Assembly: GCA_947649935.1 (NCBI GenBank) | Contig: CANSTR010000006.1 | Location: 4,494 to 68,493, forward strand | Source: an uncultured Clostridia bacterium | Lineage (GTDB): Bacteria; Bacillota; Clostridia; TANB77; CAG-508 | Length of the DNA stretch: 64,000 bases | Reading direction: 5' to 3' | In this document: piece by piece, positions 8,945-16,933 of the stretch | Numbering within the stretch: the stretch's first letter is position 1 | How the letters are laid out: every line of letters starts with the position of its first letter | Program-made: the position numbers and the translations under genes | Notes under the pieces: model-generated | The model's input: the letters and a program-made list of their open reading frames with translations, nothing else | Database searches by the model: none | Told to the model about the DNA's origin: nothing

Positions 8945-9385
8945 TCAATAGTTTTTGCAATTTATTTCTCGACATCTTTTTTTCCAATCCTTATTAAACA
9001 TAGCAATTCCCTCTATGTTAAATCCGAATTTTTCGTAATACTCCTTTTTATCTACTTCAGTTGTTAAGATACGCCTGCCAAATCCATCAAATTTTGCCAA
9101 AAAATCGTGCATCATTTTTGTGCCCAATCCCGTTTTTTGATAATCGGGATGCACCAATAAATAGGTAATAAAAACATTAATATAGCCATCGCTAATAGCC
9201 GAAATCAGCCCGACTAATTTTCCGGCATCCCAAACAGACATCACGTAATCACTATTTTGAATTGCGCAATGTAAACGATTGGGATATTCCGCCGTTTTCC
9301 AGCCAACTGATTCAAATAAACTTACCAATTGTGCTTTTTCAATATCTTTTTCATATTGATACGAAAAATTATTGTTCTCTTTCAT
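8945..9385 (-). CDS. GNAT family N-acetyltransferase
   Basis: 146 aa; acetyl-CoA motif A YQKTGLGTKMM and C-terminal YEKFGF. Confidence 0.8.
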   Translation of the reverse strand: MKENNNFSYQYEKDIEKAQLVSLFESVGWKTAEYPNRLHCAIQNSDYVMSVWDAGKLVGLISAISDGYINVFITYLLVHPDYQKTGLGTKMMHDFLAKFDGFGRRILTTEVDKKEYYEKFGFNIEGIAMFNKDWKKRCREINCKNY

Positions 9386-9413
9386 ATTCGCTACACTTTC
9401 TTATCATAAAATC

Positions 9414-9875
9414 TCAAATTAATTTCTTAGACATATCAACATGCTCTATTCCTGTTTTTTCTTCAATATACATTTCTGAAATAGGAAGATAACCTAATTT
9501 TTCATAAAATTCTTTTGCATGATATTGTGCATGTAACTCTAAGTGATTTATTCCATTTTTCTGCGCATATTCTTCTATAAAATTTATTAATTTCCTTGCA
9601 TAACCTTGATTTCTAAATTTGGTTTTGATTGCTACTCTTTGCAATTGAGCTTTTCCATCAGATAATATAATATATCTACTCGTCCCAATTCCCTCATTGC
9701 CTAAGCAAATCAAAAAATGAACAACATTACAATTCAAATTATCATATCTATCTACCTCAATTTCTACAGGAATCTTTTGTTCATCTGTAAAAACATTTCT
9801 CCTTACACTCTTGCATATTTCTAATTCTTCTTGTGAATCTACTCTTTTAATTTTTACTTCATTATCTACTAACAT
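9414..9875 (-). CDS. GNAT family N-acetyltransferase
   Basis: 153 aa; motif A FRNQGYARKLI and YEKLGY. Confidence 0.8.
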   Translation of the reverse strand: MLVDNEVKIKRVDSQEELEICKSVRRNVFTDEQKIPVEIEVDRYDNLNCNVVHFLICLGNEGIGTSRYIILSDGKAQLQRVAIKTKFRNQGYARKLINFIEEYAQKNGINHLELHAQYHAKEFYEKLGYLPISEMYIEEKTGIEHVDMSKKLI

Positions 9876-9927
9876 TTCTATTCCTCCCTCATTCTATTTT
9901 ACCACAATCTATCAGAAAAGTAAAGTT

Positions 9928-10491
9928 TTACACATTCTTATTTTTAATATAACTCCCCAAAAACTCCTCCGCCAAAATATCCATTTGTACATCATCATAA
10001 TATTTCCCATTCAAGAAATAACTTTGACGCCTTCTGCCAAATTCTTGAAAACCAACTTTTTGGTAGCAAGCAATTGCCCTTTCATTAAACGATTTCACAT
10101 TTAGCATAATATTATTCAAATTCAAATAATTGAAACCATAATCCAACAACAATCGCAAAGCCTCCGCGCCATAGCCATGATTTCTATTCTCCTCATCGCC
10201 TATAAAAATCCCAACTGTTCCAATTCTATGTTGATGATTAATCTCATTAAATCCACAAGTTCCTAACAATTTATCTTCTGCCAAACTCACAATGGCAAAA
10301 TGCAAATCGCATTTTTTCAGCGTTTTCTCAAGCCACTCTTTCTCCTCCTCAAGAGTCATCATATTTCCGCTCGTGCCCAAACCATCTGTCATCGAAAAAT
10401 CAGAAAACCATTCCACATATTTTTCCGCATCCTCCATATTCAATGGCGACAAATAAATCTTTTCTCCTACTAACTTTTTAAAATATTTCAT
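9928..10491 (-). CDS. GNAT family N-acetyltransferase (RimJ/RimL-like)
   Basis: 187 aa; NRNHGYGAEALRLLLDYGF, YQKVGFQEFG. Confidence 0.8.
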   Translation of the reverse strand: MKYFKKLVGEKIYLSPLNMEDAEKYVEWFSDFSMTDGLGTSGNMMTLEEEKEWLEKTLKKCDLHFAIVSLAEDKLLGTCGFNEINHQHRIGTVGIFIGDEENRNHGYGAEALRLLLDYGFNYLNLNNIMLNVKSFNERAIACYQKVGFQEFGRRRQSYFLNGKYYDDVQMDILAEEFLGSYIKNKNV

Positions 10492-10500
10492 TTTTTCCTC

Positions 10501-10965
10501 CTAAATTTTCATTAAATATTCTATGCTTTTTACTGTAAAGCCAAATTTTTCATACAACTTAATTGCATTTTTATTTTCTTCGTTCGCTGTCAAAAATAAA
10601 TCTGTGCAATTATTCTCCTTTGCTTTTTCTTTTGCAAACTTCAATAATTCCGTTCCAATGCCATTTCCTCTGGATTTTTCGTTCACACAAATCGCATCTA
10701 TTTTCAGATATTTTCGGAATCTTACTCCATAATTATCTTTCTCCGAAATACTGAAAGTCATATACCCCACAATTTCATCTTGCCTTTTTGCAACAACAAT
10801 ATTTTCATTTTTCAGCATCTCTTCAAAATCTTCTCGCGGAATTACTTCCTCAACATCTAAAAACAAATCTGGTCTCCACTCAACATGCAACTGATGTACC
10901 TGTTTTGCCAATTTATTCACACATTCAAAATCCTCTGATTTTGACATTTCTATTGTTACTTCCAT
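10501..10965 (-). CDS. GNAT family N-acetyltransferase
   Basis: ORF 10501..10980 trimmed to the ATG at 10965 (GGAGG 7-8 nt upstream); motif A SRGNGIGTELL, YEKFGF. Confidence 0.8.
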   Translation of the reverse strand: MEVTIEMSKSEDFECVNKLAKQVHQLHVEWRPDLFLDVEEVIPREDFEEMLKNENIVVAKRQDEIVGYMTFSISEKDNYGVRFRKYLKIDAICVNEKSRGNGIGTELLKFAKEKAKENNCTDLFLTANEENKNAIKLYEKFGFTVKSIEYLMKI

Positions 10966-10982
10966 TTTTGCTCCTCCCAATC

Positions 10983-12029
10983 TTATTCAATATTTTTTCT
11001 TTGTTCTAATTGTATTTTCGCCTTTTCAATACTGTCTATCAATTTTTGCTCCAACATTTCTTTCGGTATATATTCCGTCAAATATTGTGCTACATGAATT
11101 CCGCTGTTATCCAATTCTAATAATTGCGCCACCATATAACTTTTGTCAGCACATAATATAATGGCTATTGGCGTCTCCTCTCCATCTGCTCTTTCATATT
11201 TATTTAGCCACTTTAAATAAAGTTCCACTTGTCCTTTATACTCTGGTCTAAATTTATCTAACTTTAGTTCAATAACTACCAACCTTTTCATTTTTCTGTG
11301 ATAAAATAACAAATCAATATAGTAATCTTCGCCATCTATCGTTATTCTTTTTTGCCTCCCTAAAAACGCAAAATCATTTCCCATTTCCAAAATAAATTTT
11401 TCCAATTCATTGATAATTGCATTCTCTAAATCTTTCTCACTATAAGTATCTTTCAACTCTAAAAAATCCAAAACATAGGGATCTCTAAAAAATAAATTTG
11501 TCGTCATTTTATTTTCCTTGCTTAATAACGATAAATCATTTATAATGGTTTGTTCTGGCTTTTTCTATATAGCCGTCCTCTCAAACAATGCCGAGCCAAT
11601 TCTTTCTCTCAGTGTTCGTACAGATCAAAATTCATTTGCGCACATTGTTGCATAAAATTCTCTTTTCAATTCATCTTGTATTTGCAACAACTCAACAAAA
11701 TGCGACCAAGTCAATTTTGTCGACAGTGTCGACAATTTTTCAAAATCTGAAAAACATTCATAAAACTTCATCATCCTAAATATATTTCTTTCGCCATATC
11801 CCTTTCCATATTTAGTTACCAATTTTTGACTTAACACACTAATAACCGATTTTCCATATTCAGATTTCTGATTACTCAGCACATTTTCTGTAATATCTTT
11901 CCCAATATTCCAATACAAAAAAGTCATTTCACTATTTACTTTTACAGCTACATTTCTTTTCGCATTTTCAACTAGTTCAACTATTCTATTATATAAATTA
12001 TCAATATTTTTCTTTTCTAAATCTGCCAT
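10983..12029 (-). pseudogene. YhcG-like DUF1016 / PD-(D/E)XK nuclease-family gene with two in-frame stop codons
   Basis: ORFs 11625..12029 and 10983..11507 are in the same frame. The gap reads ...CANEF-TGA-SVRTLRERIGSALFERTAI-TAG-KKPEQTIINDLSLLSKENK-MTTNLFFRDPYVLDFL. TGA at 11625-11627 (where I recall Trp in this family), TAG at 11565-11567. C-terminal ITIDGEDYYIDLLFYHRKMKRLVVIELK is the restriction-endonuclease-like core. Confidence 0.8.
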
Positions 12030-12037
12030 TTTCCCTC

Positions 12038-12602
12038 CTACAAACCAAATCTTTCTTGTATCATTTTCGCGACTTCTTCTGCCGACAAATTCTCATTATT
12101 TATCTTCCAAAAATTCGGAAAAAACTTCTCACCTTCTCCTGGCTCCGAATTTAAGCGGTGCTTTATCGTCGAAAGTAACAATCTTTGCTCACTTTTTTCC
12201 AAATCTCGCTTCGACGCCTTATTCGCTAGACGATTTGCCGTTTTATTGCGGCGCAATCGTTCCTCCACAGACGCCTCCAATTCTACCACATAGACCTCAT
12301 CAAACAAAGCCATCCACTTTTCAAACTCTGCTCTCTCCTCTTCAATATCTCTTCCAAAATCAAAGCATGCCGAAAAAATGATTCCATCCAAATCACTTTT
12401 TGCAACTTCTTCAAAAATTAAATATCGAAACGTGCTTGTCAATCTTCTTCTAGCTCCATCGCCAAATTCAAAAATATTGAGCAACAAATCAATCGTCTCA
12501 TGATTGTGCATAAATTTTAAATCCGTCAATTTAGCAAGTTCTTGCCCAACCGTCATTTTCCCGGACTGCCTCTGGACCAATTATCATAACAAACTTCGAC
12601 AT
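12038..12602 (-). pseudogene. P-loop ATPase/kinase-like gene with a 1-nt frameshift inside the Walker A codons (or a sequencing indel)
   Basis: The ATG at 12602 abuts the DUF402 stop (TAAATG) and reads MSKFVMIIGPEAV. The long ORF in the +1 frame continues GKMTVGQELAKL. Removing one base in the CC/GGG run at 12560-12565 restores GPEAVGKMT. Confidence 0.6.
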
Positions 12603-13148
12603 TTAAAATTCCTCCTTTTCCAACATCTTCTGCAAATATTTATCCGTAAAATCTCTCACTTTATCTTGATTCCCTTGAAGCCTCTTCATCAAATTTCTGG
12701 CAATTTCATACGCCTCGTCAAATTCTTTTTTCGTCATTTCCATTCGCTCAAACGCCTCTTTTAACTCGTCCTCATCTAACAAGACTGTTTCGCCATTTGG
12801 CTTTAGCACAACATCCAAATACAAATCATCTTCATACGGAACTCCGTTTTCTTTGCCAATTTCTCTTGCTATATCAAAATACCATTCCACAATTTCATTT
12901 TTTTCATTGTATATTGCCGTCAAACAAATCTTCGAATCATCATCATAAAATTGCAACCATTTATAATTCGCGTCAATCAAACACAAGCCATTTTCCAATA
13001 AAGTTGGATTTTTTACTTGTGTAAAATCATTCAAAAAAACATTACCACAAAAATCATTTTCATAAATTTCTAACATTTTTTGCTCCACTGCCAAAACATT
13101 GGCACGTTTTTTCGGACTATTTGCAAAACGCCTTTTGTTAATTTTCAT
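12603..13148 (-). CDS. DUF402 (FomD/Ntdp-like nucleoside di/triphosphatase family) protein
   Basis: ORF trimmed to the ATG at 13148 (GGGGGAG upstream); WYFDIAREIG...PYEDDLYLDVVLKPNGETVLLDEDELKEA resembles the DUF402 core. Confidence 0.6.
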   Translation of the reverse strand: MKINKRRFANSPKKRANVLAVEQKMLEIYENDFCGNVFLNDFTQVKNPTLLENGLCLIDANYKWLQFYDDDSKICLTAIYNEKNEIVEWYFDIAREIGKENGVPYEDDLYLDVVLKPNGETVLLDEDELKEAFERMEMTKKEFDEAYEIARNLMKRLQGNQDKVRDFTDKYLQKMLEKEEF

Positions 13149-13164
13149 AAATTTTTTTCTCCCC

Positions 13165-13581
13165 CTACTTCTCAACCACTTTCTTCATTCCATACCCCGT
13201 ATATTCATATGGAATTCTCTGAAATCCACATTTTTCATAAAATTCCTCTTTGCCAGCCATGGAAACCAAATTAACACTCATTGCCTCGCCTTCTTTTATA
13301 CTTTTCTCGATTTCATCCAATAATTCCTGCATCAATTTTTTACCAATTCCCTTATTTTGATAATTTGGACTAATGATTACATCAACCACAAAAGCATAAA
13401 TTCCATCACTAATCACTCTCGCCATTCCAATTGTTTCATGATTTACGACAACTTTTTTCACAAATCGACTACTCTTGATTGCCTCTTCCACTCGTTTTAA
13501 ATCATGTGGTTTCCAACCAATTTTTTCTCTCAAATCATTATATTCTTTTGGTGTAATACTATTTTCAAACTGAATATCCAT
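13165..13581 (-). CDS. GNAT family N-acetyltransferase (first gene of the operon)
   Basis: 138 aa; motif A YQNKGIGKKLM, YEKCGF; GGGAGG RBS. Confidence 0.8.
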   Translation of the reverse strand: MDIQFENSITPKEYNDLREKIGWKPHDLKRVEEAIKSSRFVKKVVVNHETIGMARVISDGIYAFVVDVIISPNYQNKGIGKKLMQELLDEIEKSIKEGEAMSVNLVSMAGKEEFYEKCGFQRIPYEYTGYGMKKVVEK

Positions 13582-13597
13582 CTACAATCCTCCCTAC

Positions 13598-13644
13598 CAA
13601 AAAAGCCTCGCAAAAAAATCCTTTTAAGACTCCTTTGCAAGACT
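13598..13644 (-). terminator. Intrinsic-terminator-like hairpin inside the 5' leader of the GNAT operon (attenuator candidate)
   Basis: Minus-strand RNA: AGUCUUGCAAA ... UUUGCGAGGCU, an 11-bp stem with two G-U pairs, followed by UUUUUU. It ends about 17 nt before the ATG at 13581. The two G-U pairs become C-A mismatches on the plus strand, so the hairpin is strand-specific. Confidence 0.5.
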
Positions 13645-13726
13645 TCAAAATCTCTGCTCAGTGTAAATAACTTCCGTTATTCTATATCGCTCAGAAAACA
13701 AATTTCCTAGATATACTCTTATATTT

Positions 13727-13755
13727 ATTATACCATATTTTTCCTAATTTGTCAA
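13727..13755 (-). promoter_or_regulatory. Sigma-A promoter TTGACA-17-TATAAT with TG extension
   Basis: Minus strand TTGACAAATTAGGAAAAATATGGTATAAT; about 140 nt upstream of the GNAT start. Confidence 0.65.
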
Positions 13756-13830
13756 ATGTTTCAAAAACTTGAAACAAATTTAAAAAAACTATGTACTTTT
13801 TCAAAAATATCGTGTATAATATAAATAGTT

Positions 13831-13858
13831 AATAAAATAGTTGGTCTGTAAAGACCAA
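13831..13858 (-). terminator. Terminator of the DUF262-DUF3800 cassette
   Basis: Stem TTGGTCT/AGACCAA (7 bp, 4-nt loop) followed on the minus strand by CTATTTTATT; about 35 nt after the DUF3800 stop. Confidence 0.5.
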
Positions 13859-13892
13859 ACCCATGCAGACACAGAGTGTCGCAAAAAGTCAT

Positions 13893-14591
13893 TCATGCGG
13901 ATGGCTTTTTATATTGCCATCTTTTACTTTCCAATTGTTTCAGGATTCCCAAAATTTCTTTTCCACTAAAAAAATATTGCTCCGCTTTGGTTAATGGTAT
14001 ATGATTTTGATATTTATACACCATTTTATCAACAAATGTTAACATATCCGAGATTTGAAACAACCTTTTTTCTTTATGGTCAAATTGTACTCTATGCTCC
14101 ACATTATGCTTTGTAACCAACAGTGTATCCAGCATTTTTCCTAGCGAACCTTGTCCATTATCGTAATAAATAACCACTTTTTCAAATCCATCTATATAAT
14201 TGCCAATCGAATCCAAAAAATCATTGATTTTCCCCGCCAATTCTCTATTGAATCCTTTTTCACTCTTGAACTTTTTGTTCAAGATAATAGTATGTACTTT
14301 CACTTTCACTCGTTTCGAAAAATAAAAAATCGACCAAAAAATATCTTTTCTTCGCTTGAAATCAAAATCTGCATAATCTCCACGTCTTGCCACCAAATCA
14401 GCTAGGTGTATCATGCCATCATAATTAGCTTTCTTTAATCGATCCTTTAAATAAGCCACATCGTTTTCTATGAAATTGTCACTTTCATGCATTGTAAATG
14501 AAACGCCATATAATTCTGAACTTCCTTTCGAAAATCCAAAATCGCCACTTTCATCCACAAATATATTCAGTCTTCGCTTCATCTTCACCAC
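13893..14591 (-). CDS. DUF3800 family protein
   Basis: 232 aa; N-terminal LNIFVDESGDFG and C-terminal LFQISDMLTF match my memory of the DUF3800 hallmarks; AGGTGG RBS; 12-nt gap from the upstream gene. Confidence 0.65.
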   Translation of the reverse strand: MVKMKRRLNIFVDESGDFGFSKGSSELYGVSFTMHESDNFIENDVAYLKDRLKKANYDGMIHLADLVARRGDYADFDFKRRKDIFWSIFYFSKRVKVKVHTIILNKKFKSEKGFNRELAGKINDFLDSIGNYIDGFEKVVIYYDNGQGSLGKMLDTLLVTKHNVEHRVQFDHKEKRLFQISDMLTFVDKMVYKYQNHIPLTKAEQYFFSGKEILGILKQLESKRWQYKKPSA

Positions 14592-14603
14592 CTACTTTAA
14601 AAT

Positions 14604-15779
14604 TTATTCCATTGGTATGCCTGACGGCTTTTCTTTTTCTTGTCCATGATTCACATAATATGCCAATATCTCCATTCTATTTCTGACTCTTTCTAAAGTC
14701 TGCGCTCCCTTACTAACCAGCGCAATCGAACGAAGTTCATCAATCACCTCATCTGCATATCCTTCAAATTCTTCCTTCTCAATACCAGGTTTTGTTGAAA
14801 AAAATACTGAAAATTTGTCATCTAACTTCTGTAACGTACCCAACTTGTATTCTGTATCTACTGTAAAATCAATCAGTCCAAAACCAATTAACAGCATAAA
14901 AAATTTTACAAATCTTTTCTTAATATTGTGCAAAATAACTCTATTTTTAAATTCCGCTGTAATAAAATTAATTTGAAATAATAAATCTTCCACATCTTCT
15001 TTTCCTTCTGTTAATTCATCTGTGCTTATCACATATTTTTTTATAATACTATCTGGTACACCAAGTGAAATTTTACGGTCAATTAAACCAATAATATTAT
15101 AAAACAATTTATCAAATTCTTTTCTTTTATTATCAAATCCAATCATGTGGCAAAAAGCATCTCTGTCTTCTATTTGTGCTAAATACTTTTCCATTTTTGA
15201 ATCTGATAATGAAGTTAAAATTTCTCCCGCACGTAGTCTTTCTTGATTCTGCAAAAATTGGAAGTATTCTGTAATATCAAATTCTGTCGCCTCTGATATT
15301 TTGGTCACAGAAATATTAAAAGATTCAAATATGGCTCTAACCACAGACGGTAAATCAGCATATCTTAATCTGATATTCCCTTTATTTTGCAATTTCTTTT
15401 TTAGTTTTTCAAATTCTGAACCAAGTTTATCCCCATAAAAATCCTGGATTTCCTCTATAATTTTTCTAGAAAACTCGCTGGTTATTTCGTACTTTCCTTC
15501 TACAAAATCATAAATGGTCGTTAGGCGCTGTTGTCCATCAACGATTTCTGACATAGCTCCCTTTTCATTTGGCACATTTAATTTTCTGAGAATAATACTT
15601 CCTATCGGGTAACTTTTTATAATGCTATAAAGCAATTTATCCTTAAAATCATTTTTCCAAATATAGTTTCTCTGGTATTTTGGTTGCAAATCTAATCCAC
15701 CAAATTCCACCGTTCTAATTTCTGTAATCAATGTCATAATCGCACGTGATTCTACAGAAAATTCTAACTTTTTCCCCAT
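14604..15779 (-). CDS. DUF262 (ParB/Srx-fold, GmrSD N-terminal-type) domain protein without a recognisable DUF1524/HNH half
   Basis: 391 aa; PKYQRNYIWKNDF ... SYPIGSIIL ... EIVDGQQRLTTIYDF; GGAGG RBS 6 nt upstream of the ATG. Confidence 0.75.
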   Translation of the reverse strand: MGKKLEFSVESRAIMTLITEIRTVEFGGLDLQPKYQRNYIWKNDFKDKLLYSIIKSYPIGSIILRKLNVPNEKGAMSEIVDGQQRLTTIYDFVEGKYEITSEFSRKIIEEIQDFYGDKLGSEFEKLKKKLQNKGNIRLRYADLPSVVRAIFESFNISVTKISEATEFDITEYFQFLQNQERLRAGEILTSLSDSKMEKYLAQIEDRDAFCHMIGFDNKRKEFDKLFYNIIGLIDRKISLGVPDSIIKKYVISTDELTEGKEDVEDLLFQINFITAEFKNRVILHNIKKRFVKFFMLLIGFGLIDFTVDTEYKLGTLQKLDDKFSVFFSTKPGIEKEEFEGYADEVIDELRSIALVSKGAQTLERVRNRMEILAYYVNHGQEKEKPSGIPME

Positions 15780-15799
15780 TTTTTGCCTCCTATATTTGC

Positions 15800-15827
15800 A
15801 TTATATCATCTTTTTCAAAAAAGTCAA
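15800..15827 (-). promoter_or_regulatory. Sigma-A promoter TTGACT-16-TATAAT (TG-extended) for the DUF262 cassette
   Basis: Minus strand TTGACTTTTTTGAAAAAGATGATATAAT, about 20 nt upstream of the RBS. Confidence 0.6.
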
Positions 15828-15887
15828 TCTATTTTTCAAAAATTCTATATAGAATCTCTGTTTTTTTAAAATATTCTTTTAGAAAGT

Positions 15888-15919
15888 AAAAAATCAATCC
15901 TATTTCAGATTGATTTTTT
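15888..15919 (-). terminator. Terminator after the DUF368 gene
   Basis: 9-bp stem AAATCAATC/GATTGATTT with an 8-nt loop and flanking A/T runs. Confidence 0.5.
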
Positions 15920-15939
15920 AGATAATTTTAGATAAATTT

Positions 15940-16821
15940 CTATTTTTCTTCTTTCTTCTCAAAAACCGTTCGCAATTTTTGCAAACCAACAATCACCACA
16001 CCACCAATGATAAAAAATACAATGCTAAACGTTTGAAAACTCATTGCATCTTGTGGCACATCTAAAGTCATTGGACCTCGTACAATCGAAACAAGTGAGC
16101 CAATCATCAATCCAATGACAAAATAAATGGTTTGACTTCTGTGTTTTTCCAAGCATTTGCGAATCAATTTGATAATCGAAACAATGCCAACAAGCATACC
16201 AATTCCAGCTACACACAATGCAGGAAAATAAGCAAAATTCAAATGCAACAATTCTTTAATTCCGGTCACAATCGGCAAATATAAACCAAAAATCAACAAT
16301 AACGTCGAACCTGAAATTCCTGGCAAAACCATTGCCGTAATTGCAATTGCACCTGTTATAAAAATATAAATTGCGGATCCAAACGTCAAATGAGCAATAT
16401 CCACATCAGCTGTTGGATTGAAAATAGAAATCAATACAACTAGCACCGCTCCTATCACAGCAAAAATAATATTTTTGTATTTTCCTTTTAAAACTTCCTT
16501 TTCTTCCATGATAATTATCGGAATCGAAACCATGACAAATCCTAAAAACAGCGAACTAATCGCATAAATGTGACTTTCAAACACGCTTCCCAAAACTAAC
16601 ATCGCAAGCACAAAACCAACAATCCAGCCAATCCCCAGTTTAATTAAAAAGAAAACCGCTTCTTTTCGCTCCTCTTTCGTGCCTGAAATTAAATTGTCTA
16701 ATGCGCCAATAAATTTGTCATAAAACCCCAACAAAAAGGCAATGGTTCCTCCTGAAACGCCAGGAACGCTGTCCGCCAAAGCCATGCAAAAGCCACGAAT
16801 AAAATTTAACACATAATTCAT
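15940..16821 (-). CDS. DUF368 family polytopic membrane protein (family linked to undecaprenyl-phosphate recycling)
   Basis: 293 aa, multi-TM; N-terminal ADSVPGVSGGTIAFLLGFYDKFI and second-half VLPGISGSTLLLIFGLY repeat. Confidence 0.8.
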   Translation of the reverse strand: MNYVLNFIRGFCMALADSVPGVSGGTIAFLLGFYDKFIGALDNLISGTKEERKEAVFFLIKLGIGWIVGFVLAMLVLGSVFESHIYAISSLFLGFVMVSIPIIIMEEKEVLKGKYKNIIFAVIGAVLVVLISIFNPTADVDIAHLTFGSAIYIFITGAIAITAMVLPGISGSTLLLIFGLYLPIVTGIKELLHLNFAYFPALCVAGIGMLVGIVSIIKLIRKCLEKHRSQTIYFVIGLMIGSLVSIVRGPMTLDVPQDAMSFQTFSIVFFIIGGVVIVGLQKLRTVFEKKEEK

Positions 16822-16933
16822 CTTTTTCTCCCTTCCTCATCTTATTTTTTTATTGTATCATATATATATTTTTTTGCAACATTTTTATGCTTTATTTTTC
16901 CTTATTTTTGCCACAAAAAATCCTTCATACCAT

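Noticed and set aside
11565-11627. In-frame TGA at a likely Trp position (and another in-frame TGA at 6998-7000) as evidence for genetic code 4 (TGA = Trp) or selenocysteine
   Set aside because: TGA ends several well-supported genes in this window, with stops at 245, 8945, 9414, 13893 and 16934. TGG encodes Trp throughout, and no SECIS-like hairpin was seen. Ordinary nonsense mutation is the simpler explanation.
13810-13900. Plus-strand TG-extended -10 (CGTGTATAAT near 13818-13827) driving a small antisense RNA that converges on the DUF3800 3' end
   Set aside because: There is no recognisable -35, and the downstream hairpin is better explained as the terminator of the minus-strand cassette. 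It cannot be supported without expression data.
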